Positions 48,549-62,143 of a stretch of DNA of 64,000 nucleotides are shown one piece after another. This stretch comes from Curvularia clavata. Lineage: Eukaryota. Numbering within the stretch: position 1 is the first letter of the stretch; each line of letters begins with the position of its first letter. Location: NCBI GenBank assembly GCA_023920165.1, contig CP089275.1, positions 744,001 through 808,000 on the forward strand, given 5' to 3'. The notes below the pieces were generated by a model, which saw only the letters and a program-made list of their open reading frames with translations, searched no databases and was not told where the DNA came from. A program made the translations under genes and the position numbers.

Positions 48549-50302
48549 GGTAGCGACGGTTGAGCAAACTGTGGAGAAATTTCGACAGAAAAGTAGACTT
48601 TAGTAGTAGAAAAGGGTTCATGTCATTCTAGACCGAACTCACTAGCGCATGACTCAGTCCTCTGGCGTTACACTTATTACATGGCTCGAACTTTGTTTGC
48701 GTCTACCCTAACCCTTTTATGACGGGACTGTGGACAGGCTAAAGCCGTCGCGTCCTTTGCCTGCGCCTCTGGAACTTTTAAAGCTAATAAGTCCTAAGCA
48801 TTGCGATATAAATGCTAATAGCGTCTAGGACAAAGTGTTGGATAAGGGATGAAGACAAAGTCGAAAAATAAGAGTGAAAATGCAACATAAACATATATTC
48901 AAAATAAAAGACCGAGGTATCTTTTGGTAATCCTAGAAATGGTCGGAAACATTGTAGGGCTGGATGACACTCTGAAGGATTCGCGTTGACTCGGTCGGAG
49001 CGCAAGAGCTTGCTACAGTGTTGCAAGAGTGATTAGTTTCGCCAACCCGTGTCTCAAGAACTAAATCCATTGACTTATTGTTGTGTCGTATATATTCTTT
49101 TTCCGATGAACCAATAATATCGTGAGGCTGGCATACAGCCGAAATTCGCATAGAGAAATGAAGATTAGTTATTGAAAGCGCACTGATCAGCGGCATTGCC
49201 CGTTCCTGGGGTAAGTGGAGCTCCTAATTTGCGGTAACAATGTGCTAGCACTAAACAGCCGCATCTAGAAAACAAGGTCCCTGAGCGCCAGAAAAACTAT
49301 TGTGCGAGCTGTTGACGACTGGCTTTGACTCGGGCTAGAAGTCTAGACCTCTGTTGGGTTAAGCGAGGGGTTTTTGTCCGCTCGAGTCATTGGAACTGAA
49401 GCTTTGACCTATGGAAGCGGCGGAGCTGCACATCCTGTACCCCGCATCCCTGTTCTAGTCATCCCCTAAGTCCTAGTCATGGTCTAAATCCCCGCAACCT
49501 AGATGCAGGGAGAGGCGAAGGGACAGCGGAGAGCGAAAATGCTTGCGAGGAAAGGCATTGAAGAGACAGCTTGCTAGGATAGGAGCCTTGCATTAGTGCT
49601 ATTGCTGTCTAACAAAATTACTAGGATCTGGCCTGCAAGTCGTTCGAGGGCCTAAGTACTCGACGAAGCCTAGCCCACATTGTTGTACATGAAGTCTAGT
49701 CCATGCTGCAATTGCGACGAGCATCACTGGGAGCACAGTTATTGCGAGGAGAATAACTTCCTCTGTTCGCAAGAGACAGCCGTAAAAGAAGGACCTGCAT
49801 GATGAAAAATAGTTGTCCAGGGGCGAAAAGAGATGGTCAATCCGCAGCAACGCAAGACATTTCGGATCAGAGAACTTTGGCTCGCCTGTTTTAGCCAACA
49901 TCGCTTGACATTGGGTCGGCGCGGCTTAGATGATTTAGTTTGCGATCGGGCCAAACTTACACCATCAACGTCAAAAGCACGAGATAGTGCTCAAGCACGT
50001 AATCCAATCAGAGTCTCACAGCTATTGACTACAGCACACTCTGTGGGTGCGTAATCCTTCTACTCTCGCTTTGAAACGAGCTAACTGGTTGATCACCCGC
50101 TCTGGCTAGCGAGCGATAGGGCACACGGTCCCCACGGCTAATTCCATCCATGACAGCTGAGTGCCACAAGATCGCTTTACTTTACATAATCTGACGCTAT
50201 GCAAACTTTACGCCACGCTACCTTGCGTCAGCTGCATCTGCAGTTCCAGGAGTTCATTACACAAATTGTCTGTGCACGCGAACTTGCAGACGTCTTGAGA
50301 TA

Positions 50303-52092
50303 AGCTCGGCCATATAGTGTTCGGCCACATGTAGTGGTCGGCCACCTCGGCCACCCACCACAACGCGTGACTTCCGTCTGTATTCTCAACACCACGAATC
50401 CAAAATGGATCCCCGTGAGCTAGCTATACAATCTGCTATCAGAGATTTAAATTCTGGTGTTTTTACTAGCCAGCGCAAGGCTGCTCAGGCCTATGGTATT
50501 CCGCGATCCACACTTCAAGAACGTCTCCAAGGCCGACAACCCAACGCGACAGCTCACCAACACCAGCAGCGATTGACTCCCGAACAAGAGCATTTTCTAG
50601 TAGAGTGGATAATCGAAGAAGACTCACGCGCACAGCCGCCATCTCATCCACCTGTCCGAGAAATGGCTACTAGAATTCTACACATGAATGGCGACTACCA
50701 GCCACTTGGGCAACTATGGGTATCTCACTTTATCGCCCGTAACCCACGCGTCGCATCAATAGTCGGCAGAAAGATCGAGAGCGCACGTACTACTGGCGCC
50801 AACTACGAGACTGTGAAAGCTTTTCTTGAGCTCTTCGAGCGTACGCGTATAGAGCTAGGCATACAGTATGAAGATATATGGAATATGGACGAGACTGGAG
50901 TAGCGCTAGGGGTATGTACAAACGCTAGGGTGCTTGCAAGCTCTTCAAAGAAGAAAGCTTACGTCAAGTCTCCAGAGGATCGCGAGTGGGTGTCAGTTAT
51001 TGAGACCGTCTCCGCCACAGGCGCCAAGCTCCAGTGCCTAGTTATCTTCAAGGGCAAGCATCTTCAAACTACGTGGTTTCCAGCTACTAGTACACCAGAT
51101 TGGCTATACACTACGTCAGAGAATGGGTGGACGTCGAATTTGATTGGATCTGAGTGGCTACAGCGGATTTTTATACCAAATACTGCGCCTACAAGTGGTG
51201 GATATCGACTACTCCTTCTTGACGGCCATGGCTCCCACACGCCTATCGACTTCATGTGGCTCTGTAAGGTGAATAGGATCCAGCTACTATATCTTCCTGC
51301 GCATGCCTCTCACTTGCTGCAGCCGCTAGATCTAGCCCCCTTCTCTGTACTCAAGTCTCGCTATCGTAATCAGATTCAAGCTCTCTCAGCGCTTGACGAC
51401 GCAGCACCAGTAAAGAAAGAGCGCTTTGTTATATCATACAATAAAGCTAGAGCAGAAGGACTATCAGAGCGTGTTGTTAGAGCTGGCTGGAGGGCTGCTG
51501 GGCTCTGTCCATACAACCCGGACATTGTGCTGCTCTCGTCTCAAATAACTAGCCGACCAGTTACTCCGCCAGCCGCCCGTCAGGCCCAAGAACTACCACA
51601 ACAAGTCTTTAATACCCCTCGGAGCTCACAGGCTCTACATAAGACCCAACAGCAGCTACTACTGTCAGAATCTCTCTCACGAAGCACCCGGCTTATACTT
51701 AGCAAAGCAGGTAAGGCTATTGCGGAGACAAATACTAGAGCTGCCCAACTTGAAGCTTAAAATTAACAGCTTAGATATTAACTAGATAGCTACAAAATTA
51801 CTTACGTAAGAAAACGAGTTTAAGTTAACCTAAATGAACGCTTTAGTAACGTTGAGAGTATTAAGGCTGCTATTGACTAAGTAGTAGCTCTAAAGGCACA
51901 ACGGGCAACTGTTTCAGCTGAAAAAGAAGCTGAAAAAGTAGCAGTAGAAGCGGCTACGTTTACTCTTAGCTCTATGTGTAATGAGTGGCAAATGTAATTG
52001 TTGTTGTTGAGAAAATCGCGAATCTAAATTGTGTTGTGGGCTGGCCAAGGTGGCCGACCACTATATGTGGCCGAACACTATATGGCCGAGCT
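50303..52092 (+). mobile_element. Full-length pogo/Fot1-family DNA transposon (1790 bp)
   Basis: ~50-bp TIRs AGCTCGGCCATATAGTGTTCGGCCACAT.TAGTGGTCGGCCACC at both ends; TA TSD at 50301-50302 and 52093-52094. Confidence 0.96.
50405..51997 (+). pseudogene. pogo DDE_1 transposase: 451 codons open, C-terminal tail interrupted by five TAA stops
   Basis: HTH (AQAYGIPRSTL), NMDETG, LDGHGSH and QPLD intact; in-frame TAAs at 51758, 51764, 51779, 51821 and 51878; original stop at 51995-51997. Confidence 0.9.
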
Positions 52093-52507
52093 TATTCAGA
52101 GAAACTGGCTTTCTTACATCAACTGCATGCCTAAGCAGCCGCATCAATCGAGAAGTTGGAGTAAGAAACACAGATCTTGAAGCAACGGGGAGATCCATTG
52201 ATTTCCTAATTGTTAGAACTGCTAGCGCAGAGAGATCAACAACTTCGATTTGCTGTTGCTCAAGGACAACACAACCCTTCCCTTAAGAGACTTCCAGTAC
52301 AGTTCTTTTGAAAATCAGCTTCTTATTTGGCGCAAGTGGTTGAGTGCAAAACCTGGGCCACCCCAAGCTACTAACAGCCAAACTCTTCTTATCCTGTATT
52401 CCTTAATAGTGATTTGTCTTGCGAAAGAGTTACACATGCAGCCCAGATTGTATTAAGCCGGCTGTCGCCTACCTAAAGCTTTGTATACAATAGATATACG
52501 ACAAGTC

Positions 52508-54989
52508 CTAAGCCCCATCATCCTCGTCTTCAAAATCGATCTGCAAACCCAACGCGCGTTGTAAAATCTGCTCCACGATCAACCCACCAGCCCCGGACGC
52601 AATGAGGCCCTCCAATACGTATCGAGCGCCTTCTTGCACTTTACTAGTGACTTGAACACCTGGTAGCTTGGGCATGAGTAATTCGCCAAGTTCTTGATCA
52701 CGCGAAGATGTCATGAGAACGTAGCTTACCACGAATGGTAATTGACTCTCCCTCTGCATGTAGTCAGGCCCGTAGATATGAATGAGGTCTTCATGAACAT
52801 GGTCCTTCACAGCGCGCAACAAACGCCAGCATTGTCTGTGAAGCCGGAAGTAATCGAAAGAGATCTCGATCACCTCGGCATGCAGTAAGTCGCGGACCAG
52901 GCGAACGCATTTAGAGACTGACAGTTGTGTTTCACGTGTTTCTTTGGGTACATCACCGATGTCTTTGAAGGCCTGCTGTGCATTGTTGTCGTCGTCCAGC
53001 TCAAAATCCCAGCTGCTGTTGTGAAGAATCTTCTCTACATCCTCGGCGCGAATGTTTCTAGGCCCACTCGCGTCGCAGATACGGCTTCTAAACGCCTGCA
53101 TCATGGGGCCCAGCTCCTTTAGACCCTTGGGGCCCTTCTTGGAATAGACCGAGCCTCGCCTGGTGCGTGTTGATCTGGCTAGATTGGCCGCTGATGCACC
53201 CATGGCAAGCGCAAAACGTTTTAGGCACTCGTCCGGCATTGTCGGCGCTTCGCCAACAAAGAAAGTCTTAGGATCCTGCAGACCAATGACTACGTCAAGA
53301 TCCTTCCACATCATATTCTGGGTTTTGCCTCCATTGACAGCGTTATACAGATGTGCACACGACATGACGGAACCCCAAGCGTTGGCGAAGGCGATACCGA
53401 ACTCGTGAAATTGCATCAACACCCAGTACTTCCACAGTCCACAAGACCAAGGATGTGTGCGATAGAAGTGGAATGGTTTGGGATGGTATGTGCGGTTCAG
53501 CTGAAGAGCGATCTTGCGTTGCTGGTCTTGATGCACCCAGAACTCGACTGTCTGGACGAAGCGTTGCATCGCGTCGTCATTCTGCTTTGGCCATGTCTCC
53601 ATTTCGATGTCTTTGTGAAACTTTACCTCTTCTTGGATGTCACCGATGACAAAACGCGTTGCATCCGTGAGGCGCGTGAAGCCACGATCCACCTCGTCAC
53701 GCAAGATGTGGTGAATGTCCAAGAACAGTGTAGCAGCGAAGACTAGTGGAAGACTTACTTCTTTACTTTCGAACATACTTCGTAGAAGACGCGTGAGGTC
53801 ATCCTCTACGGGTAGAGGGCCAACCTTGGTCGTATGGCAATAAAGGTAAAACTCCGAAAGCGCCTCTAGCAGCAGGATCTTGTCTTCCAGGAATTTCTCT
53901 CTGTTTTTCTTGGTATTCCGATCCGACAAAGGGTCATACGTGCCGTAGAAGCCAGGCTTCATTTCTGGGTGTGGATTGATCTTATGCATATGAGAGAAGG
54001 CATCAAGTAGGACAAAAGCTGGCCAGAACAGGGCGTCTGCAACATCGAACATCGCAAAGTTCATCTCATCCCCTGGGCGCTGCTTGTGTGCCTCTCTCGT
54101 ACCGCGCGCGATTCACTGAGCATTATAGTAGATCTGCAGCATCCTTATGGCCCCACCATGTTTGGTAAAAGTGCTCTTTGAGTCTTCCATCATCGAATGT
54201 GCGAGATCGACTGCCGTGTTTGTTGTTATAGATGCAGCAATCAAGTCATGCCCGCCCTGCTTGTAACTTTCCCAGGCGTGCGAGACCTCTGTGCATAGAC
54301 TAGCGAAGTCGCAAAGCAACAGGTGCAGCGCAAAGAAGTCTTCCTCAATATTGTTGGGACGCTCAGCCTTGTATATGGGTACAGATGCCGGTGGTACATC
54401 TGGAGCTTGTTCGAAAGCTGTGGAAGGTTCCTCTAATTCTAGGTGCTCGAATACGTTGAGGATACTGTTCACGCTGGTCTTGTTTGCCTTCTTGGGAGCA
54501 GCAGCAGCAGCAGCAGCTCCCATAATCAGAGGACTCAGTACAACGCGAACCTTCTTTAGGATTCCAAGGAAAAAGGCGTGTCGGTTGGTGGAGTCCTCGT
54601 CAGCAGCATCTGCAGCGATCCCCACGATGTTCTCAGAATAAGACTCTCGGAGAAGAATGGTGGTGTCAAGCAGAGCAGCAAGCTTGGTGGGAATCGTGAC
54701 AGGTGGATCAGTCAAAGCCGCGATGAACTCAGCCATTGGCGTCCATTCCTTTACTGGGATTGTGTACGTTGGTCTTCCCTGTGGTACCTTTGCGCTTCGG
54801 CCAGATCCTCTGTTCTTCGGGGGAGGTATAGCCCCTGGCCTTAGCTGTTATTGCCAACCATTGCGCTATAGAATCTCTGCGAGCGTTCAGAGAGAGTGTT
54901 GGATTAGAATGTGCTAGGCCGGCGAGTACTTACGTGTGATTCTTGTACTTCTGATACGTACTTAGCAAGTTTTTTGGCAGCCCGGGCAT
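52508..54989 (-). pseudogene. DUF6604-family protein pseudogene
   Basis: MPGLPKNLLSTYQKYKNHT|DSIAQWLA.TA..RGY start; frameshift near the C-run at ~54820; in-frame TGA at 54115-54113 between ORFs 54113-54736 and 52508-54064; motifs H.FFL..L, N.FE.L, DL.AASITTNTAVD, HLYNA, FDYF.LH..CWRLLR. Confidence 0.75.
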
Positions 54990-56418
54990 TTTTGTAGTTT
55001 GTTTTACTGCTTGCGACTGTTTCCAGTCATCAACTAGATGTCGTGACCGAAGTCCAGAAGAGTTGGGCGGTAATGTGTACAGGTCGGATCCACAGGTTTA
55101 GCCGATCGCCGAAACAATCAAGGTGCAGTAGGCACCTAACCCACCGATGCGGGCCGCACAGGTTGATAGTACACAGTGGGGCATGCTAACCGGACCGATC
55201 CTTAAAGAGAGAGGGGTATTATACACACTCAACGTGCACGATTCCGTTCTTGATGCTTTGGTCAAGGTGTTTGCTGTCACTCATACTGCACGCTGCAGGG
55301 GGCCAGGGCACACCATAGTTCCTCTTGCGTGAGTCATCTCGTTGTTATTCTGAGCATCGCCTTCGCAGCTGCTAGCTCGGTCGGCAGCGCGTGTACCCAT
55401 TCCGCTATATCTTGTTTGCGACGCAACGGGCACGCCATCTGGACTCATTGCGAAAGAAACAAATGATGGGATGGAGAGCAACGACTCATTGCTGTGGAAG
55501 GAGGGCACGAGCTGGCAGCACCTCGATCTGCCTCAGTCTTGTCATAACCTAACCGCTCGGCTGCTAGCATGTCAGCAGAGTGTAGGCAATCCAAGGTTCC
55601 GCGAGAGGATGTTGAGTGTGACGGCTGGCTGCTGCCGTCTTGGGCTAGTGTGTGGAGCTGAGGGCCTACGATGGGTAAGACGCGGGGTGTTGAGGTCTGT
55701 ACCATGCGCTCGCTTAGGGTATAGTCTCACCGGTACAGCCTCACCAAGTACAATTACTGTCCGCACTATTCGAATTAATGCTCTAAACGATGCGTTCTCT
55801 TACCCTCGTGCATGCGCTAGAATCTGTGTATCGCGACGCGCCCTCTCGCGCTAAACGCCGTATAGAAGCTGAGCGTCAGAGCAGCATTTTACCCACTACA
55901 ACATTCTTGTACTTCGCATCAGTGATTCTATCTCCCAGGATGTATGCTCTGGCAAGCGACATGGAGACTTGGCGCGGACAAAGACGGCCGTCCCAAGGGT
56001 GGAGGTCCTGCCTGAAAAGCGACAGGGCATGCAAGTAATCACGCATTGTCGATGGTCATAGCCGCCGCTCTACGAGAGATGCGGGTGTAAGCGTCGGTTG
56101 CGATTAGCTGCAGTTCTTGGTGGCACCAGTAGCGCTATGGCTAGAATAACTATGTGTCATGGCTCGCTTGTGTCGATTTCGGGAAGGCGAATAAGACTTC
56201 GTGCACGAGCACCCATTCGGCTGCGCATGTGTCTGAATCGGTTCACCAACGGTCTGCGCTTCCGACTTACTTATCTTAAGGGATTCGCAGGAGCAGTATG
56301 TCTAGGAGGCGATTCACCGGCAATACCTTTATCGCCGATACCGACTCTCGTCCTGTGCTGACCCACCTCAACTCGTGTATGCTCAAAACCCCAACTCAGA
56401 TACGTTTGATCTCATATT

Positions 56419-57060
56419 ATGGGCTCTAAGAAAGACAAGAAGCAAAAAAATCATCATACCGTTGTTAGTGGACGATTTGCAGAGCCTATAATCTACTCCT
56501 TATAGTACTTGCTTTCATTGTGCTGTCATCAACATGTACTGATCATTGCCGTCGGTGTGGTGCACATTCATGAGTGACTAATTTTAAGGCTGTTTTCAAG
56601 GGCTTCCATAGCGTCGAAGATTTGTGGGAATACATGACAAAAAAAGGCACTCAAGACTGCAAGGAAAACATAAAGACGTCAGCTCTAGAGAACACACCCG
56701 CAAGAAATCAGCAAGCTTACTATGCGTTCTCATATGGAATATCCCAGGGTATATGTCCATTTTGGTATTGTGTGTTAACTTTTGCTTGATCGCAATTCAA
56801 ACATGCAGATTGGTAACACTTCTTAGCGGGAGTGAGAAACTTTCGATATGACCTACGAGATGAACGGCGCCTGCCACAAGTGTTTCAGCTCAAAGGAACA
56901 AACCGAAGCTCTCATTCAAGACTGAAAGACAGCTTACGCTGACGTTATACGTGAAGAAGTGATGAAGGCGTTAGGCCGAGGCTGCAAGCCTCGTGACCTG
57001 AAGATTGACATAAAAGCACTATTTTGGAATATAAGCAACGAACAAGCTACGTGAAATATT
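56419..57060 (+). pseudogene. Tandem RNase H1 N-terminal (Cauli_VI / hybrid-binding) domain protein pseudogene
   Basis: HTVVSGR..P.IYSL*..HS*VTNF..VFKGF.S.EDLWEYM, then YYAFSYG..QGI..FW and GACHKCFSSKEQTEALIQD*K.AYA; several stops; no catalytic RNase H domain seen. Confidence 0.6.
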
Positions 57061-59271
57061 GAACAAAAATTTCAAACTATAGTCGTCATCACCCAGCGTA
57101 GATGTCTGGATGATGACAGCAAGTTAATACAACAATATCAACACCATTAGCCCGGGAGTAATGATTTGGAGGATAATTCCCCAGAGGATCTATGCACAGT
57201 AGTGTTAAATTCATTCTCTCCAATCTGAAGATTACTGTCATCGAGTCTGTGGTTTCGTATCAGTCACAATACACACAAAAAGGGAAGTACAATTAGATCT
57301 AGGTCGTTCACTCTACTAGTGCCATTGCTTCATTTGGATAGACTGTGGTTAAAAATGTGTCGCTTTACAAGACGGTGGTCGACCTCTTAATAACGTCACA
57401 TGTTAAGGTTGATCTCCACACACCTTTGCCCCAAAGCGAGTTGAGTCAATTGACGCGTCCGCTATCACTCTTAGTCGCACTCGTGGAGCTTACCCTCGTC
57501 GAATTCTAGAATGCCAGCGTAGGTGTCTGTGTCCGCTTCTTGCAAAGATCCATATAAGAATTGAGAGAGACGAGCTTATGATTTTAAAGAATTCTTAGGA
57601 GTTGCAAACGCTCTGATATCGCAAAGGCCGAGCCGTTAATGCACATGTGCATCTTCTGCTTCCAATCATTTCCTCTTCTGATTTCCGAAAACGACTGACG
57701 ATTGAAGGGCTTCAACGACTTTGTCTCTACCTTCATCTGTAAAGCCAGCAATATAGTTAAGGTGAAGACAAAGGTCTCGCGATAAGAGAGTTCATGCGTC
57801 GGTATCAAAAGAATTACTACCGTATATTGGTGTCCAAGGGCACTTAGATTTGGCGTGTAGTAAGAGCGAAAAGTAATAAGGAGGTGCGGAGTGCTGGTCC
57901 ATGCGTCCACCAAGACTGGTAGGACGTGTTTGAGTTGTACTTTAAGCAAATCTCGTACACTCAGGCGCCTCTTCTTTCACTTGAGAATTGAATGTGGCTG
58001 TCTTTCCACCCTTTACGCCGCGGAGACAATTCTGATTGCCCTTGTGCTGTGCTGACGTCGGCGCTTACTCTCGGCATCTTTTCAATGGTAAGCATTGTCT
58101 TGATGACACTGCGCAACAGCCTTCGCAAGTTGCTAACCATTACACAGCTGTGAGACCGGGTTTTCATCATAATATGTACCTTACACGGCCTTGCCTGGAT
58201 CTAAAATCTCTCGTACGCCTCAGCTGCTGAGAGGAGACGAAGGGCTAGGATATGTAGCGCTTCAGCCCAAAGGATTGGCTCAAAACAATCACTATTTCCC
58301 GAAAGGGTTCAGTTTTGGAATAAAATTTGCGTCCTGCTATCGTGCCTGAGCGGGGCTCTATTATATAAGAGCAGGCGTGAAATCTCGTGTGAAACGTATA
58401 CAGAAAGGGGTCTGCTTAGTGCTGTCTGGTGTCTGGACGCTGGGGCGTAGCTGCATGTTGGCCTTTTGCGCTTAGCCAAAAAGCTAGGATATGGCTACAG
58501 TGTCCTGTGAGTCTGTAGGTAAAGAGGCGGTTGGACTTGGGATGGCCCTTGCAAGAAAATATCGAGATTAAGCCGATCAAGCTGGGGTATTCTGGTGAAT
58601 CGGAAAATATTGTCCATAATCAGGACAGGTGAGACAGGACTAGATGGATTTGAAGGAGAGGTAATCTGGCCTCTCCCAAAAGCTGCAGATCCAACACGAA
58701 GTGGCAAACTGTTTCAGGATCCTGGCGATCTCGAAGTAGCCACAGATAGTGTTGTTGTAGTGGAGGCTCGTCTCTCTTTTTTCAAGCCGCAAGTTCCAGG
58801 TGAGGGCCTTTTAATCGTACTGGTAGGGGTCGGTGTTGTTGACGAAGCGGGTCCTTCATATATTTCACCCGAACCATCATGCAAGAGCTTTCTAGTCTAA
58901 CTAGACAGGTATATGGGTGGCAGAGTGTAAATCGATACTTTTGACTTCGGGGACGTAGTTCCAATAGAACTATTTGGTATTAAAAACAGTGATTGATGAA
59001 AAGTCTGGATTTCAGCCCGTAGAACACCAAAATGGGTCTGTTATAACATACTCGAGTATCTACCTGATGCTGTATATATATGTGTCCATGAAGTCTTCCC
59101 TTATGATTCTGCATGATCAAAACCATCATAAAATCGACTTCTCTTGTGGGTCTTCATAAACATCCTTTTGCGAGTATGTGAAGGATAGCCACCTCTCCTT
59201 GTACTTTATAAAGCCTCACAATACTCTAAACTTGAATCCCAATTTGACTCAATTCTATCCCCTACTTAATT

Positions 59272-61514
59272 TTAGATGCCTGCGCCAGTAGCTGCGCTCA
59301 TCGGCTGCGCAAAATCTCCAATTCCAGGCCAGAAAGAGCTAAACGTAAATTCATCGAAAGAATATAAAGAGTAGTTGTCCTGGTAAAACCCTTGCTGTCC
59401 AGATTGGTCAACTGTTTTATTTGCATCGCCATCCACCGAAGGAATTAGTTCGGTTAGCATCATAGGAGGACTGATGCGGTTTATGAAAGCATTAGATGCC
59501 CCCGGGCTATGTGTTGAGGAGTATAGGGGTTCTTCCTGCTGCTTGTTTTGACGTTTCTGGAGACTTTCCAACATCTTGCTGTAGATGTGGCAAACATGGC
59601 TCTCAGTCACTGATGCCTGCCTCATTCGCGCAATGAGCCTCGAAATAAAAGCATTCGTGTCATTCACCTGCTTTTCGTCCTTAAGGGCCCCAACTTCAAT
59701 CGCTCTGTAAAGGAAGACGGCTGCATATATCGCGTATCTTCAGTCTGGTCAACGACGGAGTGAGCACTCAGAAGGCGTTATGAGAACATACAGATAGAAT
59801 CGCGACGGAAGGTACTGAACCTCACGCAAATAGTTCGAGCTAGTGATCCTTTTTAGCAGCCTGGTAGCTGCATGGATGGCGTTGTTAACGTATAGCCCGT
59901 CGGGCGAGGAGAGAGTCCCACGAGGGAAAAGCTTCTCCTTTAATGACTGGTTGTTTAGGCCTACCGGTCGAGAATTACGTGAATAGCGCATGAGGACCGC
60001 TTGAAAGGAGAAGGCGTTCACGTACAGGCAGACATAATCATATGTCATAAGTACAGAGCTCGAGACGCCTAGACCGGTCTCCAGATGCTTCCATGACTCA
60101 TGCCACGACGTCGCAGTGCTAAGAAAATCGTCAAGATATCGCGCATAGTCGCCGTCTCGTATTAGTGTCCACGTTCGCTGAGTCGAAGGATATAATATTA
60201 AGTGAGCATTGTAAAGGATTTGAACAAGCTCGAGGTTGGCGAGAAGAAGTGCTGAATGATCGTGTGTGCTTTCAGGCTTGGGTTTTAGAGTAGGGAAGTC
60301 ATCTGCCGTGAAATACGAAGACAACGACGGCCCACGAGACCAGAAAGATTGACCTAGACGGACTGAGATGTGTCGGTCAGCTAGATAGACAACTGGTCCA
60401 GAGTGAGTATCTCCACATCCCCAAACTAAATAAGTGGACTCACAGTGCCAGATTAGTCGGTTCTGCCTGAAATCCTCTTCTGTGGTTGCTTGAGTGTTGT
60501 CGCGGAAAGCCCCACGATCTAAATGCAGTAGATAACCGTGCCTTATAGCAAGACCCACGAGTGACCATGCAAGCCTGTCCTCACCGAACAGACTTGTCGC
60601 TGGTTCAATAGTGTCGAGTGTTGTTTCAATATGAGGTAGCCATTCCGCTAAAAGTAGGAGTCCTTCAACAGTGCGAGGAGTCTGAGTACTAGTGCGGGCC
60701 AAAGACACATCTAACAGCAGTCGTTGAGTATGTTCCCAGCAGTAGCGATGGGCAAGGACGTGCCCAGGTGAATCTCGTGAGGCTATCGTGAGTACAGCCG
60801 TGAGCAAGAAGTGGTCGATTTTGGTTATTTGTTCGATTGCGTGTACAGCCAGAAAGTACTCTGGAATCAAGGGACAATAAGGATGGTATATAGTCGTGTA
60901 CCTATCTCATGTATCAACAATTAGCATGTAAGACTGCATGCATAGTAGGCTGACCTTTGGAGCAGCTCGATTATGACGCTTACACTCAATGCCCCAATCT
61001 TGAGCAACTCATATCCATCGAGACCAAGCTTTCCAGTACCAATAGCATGTCTTCCGATGCCCAGTCGTGGCCTACTGTCGCGTGCGACAGAAGATTCATC
61101 CGTGGATAGCTGATGGTTTGATTGTGCCAGAATCTGGAGCGCATCAGCCGGGGTCTTCAGTTCGAGGTATCGGTCATGGTCGGTTGTAGAAGCTAAACGT
61201 GGCTTCGGCGACTGAGTTGCACACAAAATGGTCGCCTGAGGGGTTGAAGATGATGCATTGGTTGGGTCTGCAACCTCATTTCGGTCTCCTGAAGCCTCCG
61301 GTACATTAGCATTGCTCGCTCGAGATTTTCTCCACGTATGGTTTCTCCATTGACCCCTTCTTGATCGGACCAGAACACAGTCATCTCCAGAGAGTCGACA
61401 AGACTTGCAAGGTGATTCTGTGCGACCCCCTGTACCATCGAGATCACACTTTGTCTTTCGGCGACGACACCGCAAACATGCACGAAATGACCGCTTGCCA
61501 GTTGATGAAGTCAT
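59272..61514 (-). CDS. Zn(II)2Cys6 transcription factor, multi-exon
   Basis: ACLRCRRRKTKCDL...PCKSCRLSGDDC cluster; middle region VEGLLLLAEW, AWSLVGLAIR.GY, YLADRHISVRLGQSFWSRGP; canonical introns. Confidence 0.9.
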
Positions 61515-62143
61515 TAGTACCTATGGTGCGAGAGGGTGGTTTTGTGTGTGTGTGTATCTGTTTAGGTGGATGGAGTGTGTACGATTGGCCGGTAAAGGTG
61601 CGGCTTCTTCGGCTAGATATAGCACTGCGTATCTGCGGATCACGTCACCACCGACCATTGCCGCTAATGCCGCGCTCTCCATCGCTACAAAACGGTACAG
61701 TTGAGAGAGCATATACTAGGACAGCCACACACTATACTTGCGTGCAAAGCTAGTATGGATTCTGGGAGTCAAGGACAGCGCTCTCAAGTGACGTCTGACT
61801 CACTTTGCATATCTACCAATCACAGCCCTTAGCCCTCCAAATTCCCTATCCAAATGCCATTTTCCATTCAGCCAAATGATTTTGACGGAGCTCTAGCCTT
61901 CGAATATAGGACTATAAGTAGAGTCATTATTCTTGTAGCCTAACTTGCACAGTAGTACGAGTAGTTGACTGATGCGCATATGCGAGAAATTGGGATCGTT
62001 CGGCAACGGTCGGTGATTAGATACCTCTCATGAGTGCCCTAGAGCCTCGCTGGAACATAAATCCCAGCTGAGGCACCCGATGTGCATTCCAAGTGATCAT
62101 CTATCATATCATCTACTCTGTGGATACAGGGAGTTCACCAGAG

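Noticed and set aside
57500..59200. Short ORFs (60-121 aa) on both strands
   Set aside because: No recognisable motifs, mostly non-ATG starts, no coherent splice model
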